IMG/VR virus record: IMGVR_UViG_3300020714_000006
Length of the DNA: 64,000 nucleotides
Strand: one strand, 5' to 3'
Source: a virus
Lineage: Duplodnaviria; Heunggongvirae; Uroviricota; Caudoviricetes
Numbering within the stretch: the first letter of the stretch is position 1; every line of letters starts with the position of its first letter. Both the position numbers and the translations under genes were made by a program. Below, piece by piece: positions 1-10,413 of this stretch. The notes below the pieces were generated by a model. The model did no database searches. It saw nothing but the letters and a program-made list of their open reading frames with translations, and was not told where the DNA came from.

Positions 1-1
1 A

Positions 2-580
2 GCACAGCAAGATACTGGTGTTGGAACGGGTATTCACAATTTTGTCAGACGTGGTGCAGACTGGCTTGGTAATACAGCTAATGCAATGGTGGGTTCTCCA
101 GTAACACCTAATGCTCCACTGATAGACCCTAATGATCAGAGTTTGTATATTGAACAAAATGGTAAACAAGTGCCACTAACTGGCGAAAATAATGGACACA
201 TTTATATAAGTGGCGATCCAAACAATAAAGATCTACCATTTTATGGTCCAATTATTGATCTTACTACTGGTAATGAAGGAGCCCCGGATTTTTTTTGGAA
301 GGGCGAAGGCACTTATAAAAACCACCCACAAGTTCCAGTTGGTAATGCATACAAAAAAGCTAATAACTTATTTGGTACAGCGGAATCCAATCCTAATGTT
401 GCAGCTGCAATTAAAGCTGCAACAGGTGGGATTACCGCACCTCCAAAATCTACAACCACATCTGATGAAACTACGAAAACCAATGCTGCGCAGAAAAAAA
501 TACCAGTGGAAGGAATGAAGGCTACTGCAAAAGATGGCAGTCCTATAATTTTTAAAAATAACAAATGGGTATATTTATAA
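2..580 (+). CDS. Hypothetical protein, 5'-partial
   Basis: The frame of ORF 86..580 stays open back to position 2 (AQQDTGVGTGIHNF...); its TAA overlaps the next ATG at 580. Confidence 0.7.
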   Translation, partial: AQQDTGVGTGIHNFVRRGADWLGNTANAMVGSPVTPNAPLIDPNDQSLYIEQNGKQVPLTGENNGHIYISGDPNNKDLPFYGPIIDLTTGNEGAPDFFWKGEGTYKNHPQVPVGNAYKKANNLFGTAESNPNVAAAIKAATGGITAPPKSTTTSDETTKTNAAQKKIPVEGMKATAKDGSPIIFKNNKWVYL

Positions 581-1890
581 TGAGAGATTTTAGATATTTA
601 TTTAACGAAGATTCAACATGGATTGGGTCACATGATGCTGGAGCAGACGTATCACTTGATAACTTGCCAGATGATTTTATTCAACCTGAGACTCAGGTTG
701 TTAATAACCAACAAAAAAAACCAGGTAATAAAATTGGAGGATCAGTGATAGTTCCACCAAAACCAGGACTTAAACCCAATCCTACTACTAAGCCTAATAT
801 ACCGGTTGATCCAAAAGTTAAAGCATTGCAACAACAAATTCTTGCTAAAGACCCAAATGCATTACCAAAATATGGAGCTGATGGCCGTATGGGACCAGAA
901 ACACGTGGTGCTATGCAACGGTTAGGTATGACTGGTGCAAGTGGTCAAGCACCTGTTGCTGGTTCACAATTGCCAAATGGTAGCCTATCATCAGGTGATG
1001 CTGCATTGGATGCTAGAATGGCTGATAATGCTGCGTATTTTAAAATGACACCAGAACAAAGAAAGGCGGCAGATGCCGAAGCTGCAAAAAAATTAAATCA
1101 AGCAGATCCTTCGATGACACAACAAATAACAAACTACTTAGGTAAAGGACCTTCTAACATGAATCAACAAAATGAATCAAAAAAATTTACAAACACAGTA
1201 GATGAATTAAAATATTATTCACAAATACTAGCAGAAACTCAGTTGGATGAATTTAAAACATATGATAGTATGCGTAATCCACCAACATATGCTGATGCAG
1301 TAAAAGCCAGAGAATTAGGCAGAATAAATCCTGAATATGGATTAAACGCTAAATTTGCTAGTTCACAAAAGAAACCACCACATTTAGATTTAACAAATCC
1401 AGTTCCTAATACACCAATTCCTGGTGGACCTACTGATGATGCAAATAAGCCAGTTGAATTTCCGCAATCAGCTGCAAAAACATTTAACCCAGCACAAACT
1501 TCGGTTGCTGATGATGAACAAGCTCAAATAGATCAAGCAACAGCTGAACTTAATATGCCACCGGTTGAAGATGATATGACAAGTGCAGCACCAGCTACGA
1601 ATTTTCCATCAAACAATCCAGCTAGTAAATCTGCACCATCGGCAGCGGCACCAACGCCAAAACCTACACCAAATCCAAAAGTTAAAGAAGCTCAACAGGC
1701 ACTTATTCAATTTGGATACTTGCCAAAAGGTTCTGATACTGGTATAATGACTAAAGCAACCAGAGATGCACAAAAAGAATTACAGGCTGCTTATAATTCT
1801 TCTCCACAACCAGTTAATCCAATGCAAGAGCATATTTCATTTGGTGAGATTGATTCTTTAGCAAGAATCGTTCAATTATCTAGAAGATAA
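580..1890 (+). CDS. Pro/Ala-rich protein with two peptidoglycan-binding (PG_binding_1-like) modules
   Basis: VKALQQQILAKDPNALPKYGADGRMGPETRGAM and VKEAQQALIQFGYLPKGSDTGIMTKATRDA match the PGBD pattern; start at the TAATG overlap. Confidence 0.7.
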   Translation: MRDFRYLFNEDSTWIGSHDAGADVSLDNLPDDFIQPETQVVNNQQKKPGNKIGGSVIVPPKPGLKPNPTTKPNIPVDPKVKALQQQILAKDPNALPKYGADGRMGPETRGAMQRLGMTGASGQAPVAGSQLPNGSLSSGDAALDARMADNAAYFKMTPEQRKAADAEAAKKLNQADPSMTQQITNYLGKGPSNMNQQNESKKFTNTVDELKYYSQILAETQLDEFKTYDSMRNPPTYADAVKARELGRINPEYGLNAKFASSQKKPPHLDLTNPVPNTPIPGGPTDDANKPVEFPQSAAKTFNPAQTSVADDEQAQIDQATAELNMPPVEDDMTSAAPATNFPSNNPASKSAPSAAAPTPKPTPNPKVKEAQQALIQFGYLPKGSDTGIMTKATRDAQKELQAAYNSSPQPVNPMQEHISFGEIDSLARIVQLSRR

Positions 1891-1897
1891 ATAATAG

Positions 1898-2015
1898 TTG
1901 ACAACTTGACCAATTAAAAGTATAATACGTATTCTTAGTTGGTTAAGCAACAAACGAATTTATCAAAATCAGAATAAAATTATTCTTGACAAGATAAATA
2001 AAACAGAGTATAATA
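1898..2015 (+). promoter_or_regulatory. Two tandem sigma70 promoters upstream of ssb; the second contains a late-type ATAAATA box
   Basis: TTGACA-17-TATAAT at about 1898 and 1986, both followed by ACGTA. Confidence 0.75.
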
Positions 2016-2102
2016 CGTACTCTAAACACAGTTAAGCAGGAAGCTTAACACTTAGGCAACTTAGTCGATAAGACAAAACATAACATTAAAGGGAATTAAA
2101 TT

Positions 2103-2150
2103 ATGGCAACACTTCAAATAAGTCAACTGTGGTATATGATATTACGATGA
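2103..2150 (+). CDS. 15-aa leader ORF (MATLQ...), remnant of the ssb start, coupled to the endonuclease
   Basis: ATG GCA ACA CTT encodes the same MATL as ssb; its TGA overlaps ATG 2147. Confidence 0.5.
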   Translation: MATLQISQLWYMILR

Positions 2151-2830
2151 CTATCTTTCTTTATGTGAAAACACATAATATAACTGGACTTAAATATCTT
2201 GGTCAAACATCAAGATCTGATGTTGAGATATATCCTGGTTCTGGAAAATACTGGAAACGACATATCAAAAAACATGGGAATAATGTATGTAGATACATTA
2301 TAACTCAATGTGAATCTCTCGAAGAGATCCGTAAATGGGGATAATTATATTCCAATATGTGGAATGTTACAGAAAGTTCTGAATGGGCCAATCTCAAAGA
2401 GGAAGCTGGGCAAGGTGGCAAGCAAAACTCTGAAGTTAAATTAAAAATGAGTCAAATTAAAAAAGAGCAATTTTCTTCTGGAAAAATTCAACCTTGGAAT
2501 AAAAATAAAACTGGTATGTTATCAGATGAAGTTTGTAAAAAAATATCAGAACGACAAACTGGGAGAAAGCTTCCAGCAGAAACAATACAAAAAATGAAAA
2601 ATGCTGATAGGTCAACATATACCAGAACTGCCCCCGTATCAACTGAAACAAGACAGAAATTATCTGAAATACTACGTAATAAACCAAGTAGGTCATTAGG
2701 ATATAAATGGACAAATGAACAAAAAGAACATTTATCCAAAATAAAAAGTGGTCAAAAATGCCCAACAAAAGGTATGAAAAGAGTCTATCGAGAGAATGGG
2801 ACTTTTTATTTTAAAAAACCTGATGAATAA
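2147..2830 (+). pseudogene. GIY-YIG (Seg-like) homing endonuclease with NUMOD3-like repeats, one in-frame stop
   Basis: LYVKTHNITGLKYLGQT and YPGSGKYW motifs; TAA at 2342-2344, then the same frame continues LYSNMWNV. Confidence 0.8.
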
Positions 2831-2949
2831 TTTATATCTATCGTAAAATGTGGATATAAATTACTTATTAAAGTAAAACACATACAGTATGTGTATAATC
2901 TAACTGCATAGGGAAAATACAATAAATTAAATTATAGGGAAATAATAAT

Positions 2950-3927
2950 ATGGCTACTCTTGCTGAAATCAGACAAAAATTAAAACAATCTGAACGTGGT
3001 TCAGATAACTCACAACGTACTGTTGGTGATAACTCAGTTTATCCCTTCTGGAACATTCAAGAAGGTAAAGAATCAGTCTTACGATTCTTACCAGATAAAG
3101 ATAATTCAAATACATTCTTCTGGGTAGAAAGAGCAATGATTAAACTACCATTTGCTGGTATTAAAGGCGAAGCAGAAAGCAAACAAGTAACAGTTCAAGT
3201 TCCTTGTGTTGAAATGTATAATGATGGTTCAGTATGTCCAATTCTTTCAGAAGTTCGTGCTTGGTTCAAAGATCCAGGTTTAGAAGATATGGGTCGTAAA
3301 TATTGGAAGAAAAAATCTTATATCTTCCAAGGACTAGTAACTGAAGACGGTTTAAATGAAACTGATAGTCCAGCAAATCCTATTCGTAGATTTATTATTG
3401 GTCCACAAATCTTTACATTAATTCGTTCAGCATTAGTTGATCCTGAATTAGAAGATTTACCAACTGATTATATCAATGGTTTAGATTTCCGTTTGAAAAA
3501 AGGTAGTAAAGGTGGTTATGCTGATTACTCTACTTCAAATTGGAGTCGTCGTACTCGTCCATTAACTGCAGTAGAACAAGCCGCAGTAGACCAATATGGA
3601 TTACATAACTTGGCTGATTTCTTACCAAAAAAACCATCTGACATTGAATTAAAAGTAATTAAAGAAATGTTTGAAGCATCAGTTGATGGTGAAGCATATG
3701 ATTCAGAAAGATGGGGTCAATATTACAAACCAGCTGGGATGAATCAAAATACTGGTGACCCAGTTAAATCATCTACTCCATCTGTCTCAGTTAGTGAAGA
3801 TGTGCCAGTTCAATCAGTAGTTGTTGAAACACCTGTAGTAACTGAAACAGTTACAACTTCAGAACCAGCATCTGATAACCGTGCCGCTGATATATTAGCA
3901 ATGATTCGCAGCCGCAATCAAGCTTAA
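2950..3927 (+). CDS. ssb: Single-stranded DNA-binding protein, T4 gp32-like
   Basis: LRFLPD, VPCVEMY..CPIL, KYWKKKSY, DLPTDY..GLDF, KGGYADYSTS; acidic linker and C-terminus. Confidence 0.9.
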   Translation: MATLAEIRQKLKQSERGSDNSQRTVGDNSVYPFWNIQEGKESVLRFLPDKDNSNTFFWVERAMIKLPFAGIKGEAESKQVTVQVPCVEMYNDGSVCPILSEVRAWFKDPGLEDMGRKYWKKKSYIFQGLVTEDGLNETDSPANPIRRFIIGPQIFTLIRSALVDPELEDLPTDYINGLDFRLKKGSKGGYADYSTSNWSRRTRPLTAVEQAAVDQYGLHNLADFLPKKPSDIELKVIKEMFEASVDGEAYDSERWGQYYKPAGMNQNTGDPVKSSTPSVSVSEDVPVQSVVVETPVVTETVTTSEPASDNRAADILAMIRSRNQA

Positions 3928-3937
3928 AATATCATTA

Positions 3938-3968
3938 AAAAGTAGGGAGATGGTTCTCCCTACTTCTT
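3938..3968 (+). terminator. Intrinsic terminator (probably bidirectional)
   Basis: AAGTAGGGAGA-TGGT-TCTCCCTACTT flanked by A and T tracts. Confidence 0.8.
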
Positions 3969-3984
3969 TTCACGGAGGATTGTC

Positions 3985-5100
3985 ATGGCGACAAAAACAT
4001 TTGATTTAACAAAATTTAGAAAAACCCTAACCAAAAGTATTGAAGGATTAGGTGTAGGATTTAATGATCCTACTGATTGGGTAAGTACCGGTAATTATGC
4101 ATTAAACTATCTTATTAGTTCAAACTTCCATAAAGGAATTCCACTTGGAAAAGTAACAGTGTTTGCTGGAGAATCTGGTGCTGGTAAAAGTTATATTTGT
4201 GCTGGAAATATTGTAAAAAATGCACAAGACCAAGGTATATATGTTGTTTTAATTGATTCTGAAAATGCATTAGATGAAAAATGGCTACATGATTTAGGGG
4301 TTAATACCAGCGAAGATAAACTTCTTAAACTCAATATGGCTATGATTGATGACGTAGCAAAAACAATTAGTGAGTTTATAAAAGAATACAAAACAATGGA
4401 TGAGCCACCTAAGGTTTTATTCGTAGTCGATTCGTTGGGTATGTTATTAACACCAACTGATGTTGACCAATTTGAAGCTGGTAATTTAAAAGGTGATATG
4501 GGTAGAAAACCTAAAGCACTAACTGCTTTAGTAAGAAATTGTGTAAATATGTTTGGTTCACATAATGTTGGATTAGTAGCAACTAATCATACATATGCGA
4601 GTCAAGATATGTTTGATCCAGATGATAAAATATCTGGTGGACAAGGATTTATATATGCTAGTTCTATTGTTGTAGCTATGCGTAAATTAAAACTTAAAGT
4701 AGATGAAGATGGAAACAAAACTACTACTGTAAATGGAATTAGAGCAGCGTGTAAAATTATGAAAACTCGTTATGCTAAACCATTTGAAACATTAGAAGTT
4801 CATATTCCATATACTACTGGTATGAGTCCTTATAGCGGACTAGTTGATTTGATGGAAAAACAAAAGTTATTAATGAAAGATGGTAATAGTCTACGTTATG
4901 ATTTTATTGATGGAACTTCTATTAAGCAATTTAGAAAAGCTTGGGAAAAAAATGAAAATGAATGTTTAGATAAAATAATGGTAGATTTCGTCGCTAGACC
5001 ATCATATGTACCAATAGCTGATTCTGATTCTGAGGATTATGTGGTAGATTATGATACTGGTGAAATTATACCTGAAGAAATAGTAAATGATGGAGAATAA
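3985..5100 (+). CDS. uvsX: RecA-like recombinase UvsX
   Basis: Walker A GESGAGKS, IDSENALD, VVDSLGML, DMGRKPKAL, SGGQGFIYASS. Confidence 0.93.
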   Translation: MATKTFDLTKFRKTLTKSIEGLGVGFNDPTDWVSTGNYALNYLISSNFHKGIPLGKVTVFAGESGAGKSYICAGNIVKNAQDQGIYVVLIDSENALDEKWLHDLGVNTSEDKLLKLNMAMIDDVAKTISEFIKEYKTMDEPPKVLFVVDSLGMLLTPTDVDQFEAGNLKGDMGRKPKALTALVRNCVNMFGSHNVGLVATNHTYASQDMFDPDDKISGGQGFIYASSIVVAMRKLKLKVDEDGNKTTTVNGIRAACKIMKTRYAKPFETLEVHIPYTTGMSPYSGLVDLMEKQKLLMKDGNSLRYDFIDGTSIKQFRKAWEKNENECLDKIMVDFVARPSYVPIADSDSEDYVVDYDTGEIIPEEIVNDGE

Positions 5101-5103
5101 AAG

Positions 5104-5343
5104 ATGTTGAATGAAGCACAAATTGGTGAATTATGGACAATGTTTGCTGATTACATCGACAAAAAACAAGTCGATGTTGTAGCAGAACGATATGTTGAAC
5201 TATTAGCAGATTACGGTGTTCGTGATCGAGTTTTACAAAATGCAACAGGTGTAGATGTAACCTTAGACCATGCTATCGCATATTACTTAGATGCCGACAG
5301 CACTGAAGAAGATGATGATGATTACGGTGCATTGGATTTTTAA
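5104..5343 (+). CDS. Acidic hypothetical protein
   Basis: Clean ORF between uvsX and uvsY with coupled ends. Confidence 0.7.
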   Translation: MLNEAQIGELWTMFADYIDKKQVDVVAERYVELLADYGVRDRVLQNATGVDVTLDHAIAYYLDADSTEEDDDDYGALDF

Positions 5344-5798
5344 TGGGATGGTATTCTGAAGTCGTCAGAGATATATCAAAACTGTCAGATTGCATTGGTT
5401 ATTACGAATTAGAATTAACCAATGCAGCTAAAGAATGCAAAATTATTGGTAATTTAGAAAAAGCCGCTGCTTCTATGCCTGGTATTGTTGAACATAGATA
5501 TGGTCAACTTCAGGAAATAGAAGCAATACTAGAATTTCTCAACATTGAACATTATAGAATGAAATCTAGGTATTTTAGAAAATACTTAGAAGGATATAAT
5601 AGAGTTCTAACACAGAAAGAATGTGATAAATTCGTAGATGGTGAATCTGAAGTAGTAGATTTTGCAATCATAATTAATGAATTTGCATTAATAAGAAATA
5701 AGTGGTTAGGTATAACCAAGGCACTTGATCAAAAACAATGGCAAATTACCAACATTGTAAAACTACGATGTGCTGGTCTAGAAGACGCAACCATTTAA
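5343..5798 (+). CDS. uvsY: Recombination mediator UvsY-like
   Basis: Helical protein with FRKYLEGYNRVL, KFVDGE and KALDQKQWQITNIVKL, lying between uvsX and uvsW. Confidence 0.75.
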   Translation: MGWYSEVVRDISKLSDCIGYYELELTNAAKECKIIGNLEKAAASMPGIVEHRYGQLQEIEAILEFLNIEHYRMKSRYFRKYLEGYNRVLTQKECDKFVDGESEVVDFAIIINEFALIRNKWLGITKALDQKQWQITNIVKLRCAGLEDATI

Positions 5799-5866
5799 TT
5801 AATAGTAGATACAATTATTGTATCTACTACCTTGACTTTTAACATCAAATACTGTATAATATATTA

Positions 5867-7045
5867 ATGAATATAGATAATTATTTAAAACTAATAGTAA
5901 ACCACCCAGAATTTTCAACAATATTATCAGAGAAAGATGTAAAAGGATTTAATGGATTAACATCAACTATTAAAAATCATTATTTTCTAACTGATGGGCA
6001 AGCATTATTTTATATCAACTTATTGACTAAGAATAAAGATGCACTGGTTCCTATTCTTCCTATAGAATTCTCAGCAGATCTAGAATTTCCAATTTGGTCT
6101 AAGCCATTTAGACAAATAGAAATAATAAGAAAAATGTATATTTTAAATCATTTTATTTTTATAGAATCTAACTATTCTAATGAAATTAAAAATATAATGG
6201 CTAAATTTAATAATACCAACTATGGTATTTTATGTATTTCATCAGGTAAAACTTATAGAGTAATAATTTCTGAAAAGGCTATTGTTGAATTGGTTAGTAA
6301 ATTAAAACCATTAAATTTTGATATCAGTGATGAATTGCTAAACTATTATAATATTATAACATCATGGAATGCCACTGATACTTTAAACAAATTTAATATT
6401 GCAAATATTACTTCTGAAGAAACGAAGCAACTTATTATGTCTGATATTGGTATGGACACCCCAATTGATTCATTAATTGTAAATGATAGAAGAATTAGAT
6501 ATCAATTTAATAATGATGGCGGATATAATACTGGGTTGCCTAATGAACAAGTATCATTATCAGAACTTATCGCAAATAGATCTACACCAAAAATATGGAT
6601 TGATAATACAGCATATTCATTATCTGATATAATAAAAACATTGATAGATTTAAAAAGACTTCCAATATTGTTTATATTTGATAATAATACTGAACAAAAC
6701 ACAATTGACCAGTTACATAGACTATCTTCTGCATTAGAAGATAATAACATTACTGATAATATTGGAATATATTTTAGATTAAAAAATACTGATCATGGTA
6801 AACCATTTAATCAATTTATTGCTGATAAGAAATATAACAAACTATTAGATGAAACAACTAAAATTGCAGGTATAGAATTTGCTAATTTGCCAAAGTTTTT
6901 TTTAAAAACAAATTGGGAACCAATGACAGTATTATCATTTAATAATGGATTTCGCAGTAACAAATCATCAGTATATGCTAGTCGATGTGATTTAAATATT
7001 ACTTACTCAGCACATAAACCATTTATAGAACCAAAACCGTTTTAA
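5867..7045 (+). CDS. Hypothetical protein
   Basis: 392-aa ORF behind TTGACT-17-TATAAT at about 5833. Confidence 0.7.
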   Translation: MNIDNYLKLIVNHPEFSTILSEKDVKGFNGLTSTIKNHYFLTDGQALFYINLLTKNKDALVPILPIEFSADLEFPIWSKPFRQIEIIRKMYILNHFIFIESNYSNEIKNIMAKFNNTNYGILCISSGKTYRVIISEKAIVELVSKLKPLNFDISDELLNYYNIITSWNATDTLNKFNIANITSEETKQLIMSDIGMDTPIDSLIVNDRRIRYQFNNDGGYNTGLPNEQVSLSELIANRSTPKIWIDNTAYSLSDIIKTLIDLKRLPILFIFDNNTEQNTIDQLHRLSSALEDNNITDNIGIYFRLKNTDHGKPFNQFIADKKYNKLLDETTKIAGIEFANLPKFFLKTNWEPMTVLSFNNGFRSNKSSVYASRCDLNITYSAHKPFIEPKPF

Positions 7046-7072
7046 ATAATTACAACAACACAAGGAATGTGT

Positions 7073-9217
7073 ATGGCAGTAAAACTAACAATATGCGATG
7101 AAGTAAATATTAAATTTTCTGGATTATCGCTTGATGCAAGAAAAAAATTAGCAGCAACTTTTAAATATGAAATACCATATGCAAAGTACCAACCAGCATA
7201 TCGATTAGGTCGTTGGGATGGTACAGTAAGTTTATTTGGTATAGGTGGCTCTGGATATTTAAGTCAGCTTGAATCTATTTTAGATATCTTATCTAAGATG
7301 GGTATTCAGTTAGATGAAGTAGATGACCAACGCAACCCAATTAATTTAACATTTGATGATGTCACCGAAACATATTGGGCAGATCAAGGTAAGGTATGGC
7401 CACCTGGGCATCCAACTGAAGGCGCCCCAATTATGTTGCGTGATTACCAGGTAGCTGCCATTAATAAGTTTTTAAAAAATCCGCAAAGTTTACAAGAAAT
7501 TGCAACAGGCGCTGGTAAATGTCAACCATTGAATAGTCTAGTATTAACGTCTACAGGCTGGAAAACTATGGGTGATATTAAAATAGGAGATTTGGTGGTT
7601 ACCCCAACTGGTAAATTATCTAAGGTAATAAGTGTATTTGAACCTGGTGTTAAAGATATATACCAATTAACATTTTCTGATGGAAGAACTGCTAAATCAT
7701 GTAAAGATCATTTATGGAGAGTTCATAATATTGATTGGAAAACTAATTCTGGACATTGGAGAAATATATCTACTGAAGAATTGATTAAATTAAAATCAAA
7801 TACAAAACGTTCTATTGGCATACCATTAGTTTCTATGAAAAATAATGATACAGACGTTGACTTACCTATGGATCCATGGTTATTAGGATTTTTACTAGGT
7901 GATGGAAGTTTTAGAAATGGTCGTATTAATTTTAGTACATCAGATTCTGAACTTGTTAACAAGGTTGAATCAAAATTAAATAATAGATATAAAGTAAAGC
8001 ATTTAGGAAAATATGATTACACCATCCAATTTGCAGATTTAAATGACATGAGAGCCAGTCATTCAGAATTGATGAAAATAAAAAGTAGAAATAAGAATGG
8101 TCATATAATAAATAATAACCATACTTCATTAAATGAATATAGACAAATTATTAATGAGTTAGGATTAGGTGAAACATACAGTCACAATAAATTTGTCCCA
8201 AAAATGTATTTTAATTCCAGCTTTAATCAGAGAATAGAATTAATTAAAGGATTAGTTGATAGTGACGGAACTGTTGACACCTCTAGTGTAAGTTTTACTT
8301 CAGTAAGTAAACAATTAGCGTTAGATTTTCAACAATTAATATGGAGTGTTGGTGGGATAGCAAAAATCGCCACTAAAGAAAAGAATACATATAAGTATAA
8401 TAACGATATAAAATTTGGTAAAACGTCATATCGTGTATCAACAAAATATACTACTCCTTGGGAATTGATATCATTACAACGAAAAATTGATAAAACAAAT
8501 TTGTTTTATCAGTATGGACCAACATTAAAGTTAAACATAGAGCATATTGAAAAAATTGGTTCAGAGGATGTCAAATGTATTCTTATAGATGACCCAGACC
8601 ATTTATATATTACTGACAATTACATTGTTACTCATAATACCATTACTACTGCTACGTTATCCCAAATATGTGAAAAATTTGGTAGGACAATAATCATTGT
8701 TCCAAATAAATCATTGGTTGAACAAACTGAAGAAGATTTTATTAACTGTGGATTAGATGTTGGTGTGTACTATGGTGATAGAAAAGATTTATATAAAACA
8801 CATACTATTTGTACATGGCAAAGTCTTAATATTTTAGATAAGAAAAGTAAAAATCACGAACACGATATTATATCATTGGCTGAGTTCTTAGATAATGTAA
8901 AAGCAGTTATAGTTGATGAATGTTTTGATGGTAATGCCAAGGTATTATCTGCAGATGGGTCATATGTCCCGATAAAAGATATAAAATCTGGAGATAAAAT
9001 CATTAATTATTCAGAAGAAACAAAAGCGTTTAAAGTTGATACAGTTATTAACCAACATAAAAATCTTAACAAATCTAATAATGAAAAAATGTATGAGTTA
9101 GAATTTGACAATGGTAGTATTATTAAAGTAACCGGAAATCACAAATTCTTAACGACTATTGGTTGGGTGCGTGCAGATGAGCTTACAGATATGCATTATA
9201 TTATTAATAAAACATAA
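7073..9217 (+). CDS. uvsW: UvsW-like SF2 helicase, N-terminal part, with a cis intein and the N-half of a split intein
   Basis: LRDYQ, ATGAGK|intein|T, IIVPNKSLVEQT, VIVDE|C. Confidence 0.9.
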   Translation: MAVKLTICDEVNIKFSGLSLDARKKLAATFKYEIPYAKYQPAYRLGRWDGTVSLFGIGGSGYLSQLESILDILSKMGIQLDEVDDQRNPINLTFDDVTETYWADQGKVWPPGHPTEGAPIMLRDYQVAAINKFLKNPQSLQEIATGAGKCQPLNSLVLTSTGWKTMGDIKIGDLVVTPTGKLSKVISVFEPGVKDIYQLTFSDGRTAKSCKDHLWRVHNIDWKTNSGHWRNISTEELIKLKSNTKRSIGIPLVSMKNNDTDVDLPMDPWLLGFLLGDGSFRNGRINFSTSDSELVNKVESKLNNRYKVKHLGKYDYTIQFADLNDMRASHSELMKIKSRNKNGHIINNNHTSLNEYRQIINELGLGETYSHNKFVPKMYFNSSFNQRIELIKGLVDSDGTVDTSSVSFTSVSKQLALDFQQLIWSVGGIAKIATKEKNTYKYNNDIKFGKTSYRVSTKYTTPWELISLQRKIDKTNLFYQYGPTLKLNIEHIEKIGSEDVKCILIDDPDHLYITDNYIVTHNTITTATLSQICEKFGRTIIIVPNKSLVEQTEEDFINCGLDVGVYYGDRKDLYKTHTICTWQSLNILDKKSKNHEHDIISLAEFLDNVKAVIVDECFDGNAKVLSADGSYVPIKDIKSGDKIINYSEETKAFKVDTVINQHKNLNKSNNEKMYELEFDNGSIIKVTGNHKFLTTIGWVRADELTDMHYIINKT
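7520..8638 (+). mobile_element. Intein (373 aa) with LAGLIDADG endonuclease, inserted in Walker A
   Basis: Starts CQPLNSLV; LLGFLLGDGS and IKGLVDSDG; ends IVTHN followed by Thr. Confidence 0.93.
8921..9217 (+). mobile_element. Split intein N-half (98 aa) in the UvsW DECH motif
   Basis: CFDGNAKV...IKVTGNHKFLT (block B TxxH), followed by a stop. Confidence 0.88.
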
Positions 9218-9573
9218 TGCATATACCTAAAGCAGAGGTATTTATGAAAAAAACATCGCAACAAATGCTAGAAAAAATTAATTACAAATTGCAAGAATAT
9301 GAACAAAAAACGAGAGTTGTTGAATGGTGGTCTACATATATTGTGTTAGAAAACGGTTGCAGACTTGAACACAATGAACGACGTAAATTCACTAGACGAA
9401 TACTTAATAAGAAAACTAATCTGTGGGTTAAAAATATAGACAGTATATTATCGGGTGATATAACTGAACATGAAATAAAATCTAAATTGACTTCTAATGG
9501 TGGATTTGCTGTTCAAAAACAACATGGGGATAAAATAAAACAAAATTTAAATAAGGAAATTATATGCGATTGA
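9217..9573 (+). CDS. Insert ORF between the split-intein halves, probably a truncated endonuclease
   Basis: Basic 118-aa ORF coupled by TAATG; no nuclease motif visible; its end contains the AAGGA RBS for the IntC gene. Confidence 0.55.
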   Translation: MHIPKAEVFMKKTSQQMLEKINYKLQEYEQKTRVVEWWSTYIVLENGCRLEHNERRKFTRRILNKKTNLWVKNIDSILSGDITEHEIKSKLTSNGGFAVQKQHGDKIKQNLNKEIICD

Positions 9574-10406
9574 TAAAAAGAACAGAGATTGATAAACCTG
9601 ATATAGTATACAACCTACACGTAGAACATGATCATAATTACATAGTTGAAGGTTCAGTTGTAGCCAATTGTCACATGGCAAAAGCAGACGTTTTAAAAAA
9701 TATATTAACACAAAATTTATGTAATGCTCCAATACGATGGGGACTAACTGGAACAATTCCTAAAGAAAAATATGAGTATGAAAGTATATTTGCAAGTATT
9801 GGACCAGTCGTTGGTGGTATTAAGGCGCATGAATTACAAGAACTTGGTGTTTTATCACAATGTCATGTAAACATTACTCAGTTAATAGATATCCCAGAAT
9901 TCAGAGCATATGCAGATGAAGTAAAATATCTAGTAACCAATGATGAAAGAATGAAATATATCAGTGATATGATAAAACAAATATCTGAAACTGGTAATAC
10001 CTTAGTATTGGTTAACAGAATAGATTCAGGAAAATTTATTATTAATGAAATTGAAGATTCCGTTTTTATACATGGATCAGTTAAAACATCAACAAGGAAA
10101 AGTGAATATGATGAAATTAAAACAAGTGACAACAAACTTATTGTTGCGACTTATGGCGTCGCTGCTGTGGGCCTTAACATTCCTCGCATATTCAATTTGG
10201 TTTTGTTGGAACCCGGAAAAAGCTTTACAAGAGTTATACAATCTATTGGGCGAGGTATTAGAAAAGCCAAAGACAAAGACTTCGTACAAATCTGGGACAT
10301 CACCTCAACTTGCAAGTTTGCGAAGCGTCACCTTACAGAACGTAAAAAATTCTACAAAGAAGCAAAATATCAATTCACTTTAAATAAAGTTGATTGGTCA
10401 AAATAA
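9564..10406 (+). CDS. uvsW: Split intein C-half (35 aa) plus UvsW C-terminal part
   Basis: VYNLHVEHDHNYIVEGSVVAN|CH, then GLTGT, TYGVAAVGLNIP and QSIGRGIR. Confidence 0.9.
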   Translation: MRLIKRTEIDKPDIVYNLHVEHDHNYIVEGSVVANCHMAKADVLKNILTQNLCNAPIRWGLTGTIPKEKYEYESIFASIGPVVGGIKAHELQELGVLSQCHVNITQLIDIPEFRAYADEVKYLVTNDERMKYISDMIKQISETGNTLVLVNRIDSGKFIINEIEDSVFIHGSVKTSTRKSEYDEIKTSDNKLIVATYGVAAVGLNIPRIFNLVLLEPGKSFTRVIQSIGRGIRKAKDKDFVQIWDITSTCKFAKRHLTERKKFYKEAKYQFTLNKVDWSK

Positions 10407-10413
10407 GGATATT

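Noticed and set aside
2342-2344. Stop-codon reassignment
   Set aside because: This is a single in-frame TAA in a dispensable endonuclease. Core genes read through without internal stops, and TAA, TGA and TAG all end genes.
2115-2961. Group I intron in ssb
   Set aside because: No terminal G precedes the putative 3' exon, no P7 core was recognised, and the downstream copy has its own SD and ATG.
9217-9564. Sequencing frameshifts breaking uvsW
   Set aside because: The breaks fall exactly between intein N and C blocks, the C-half has its own SD and ATG, and DnaB shows the same layout.
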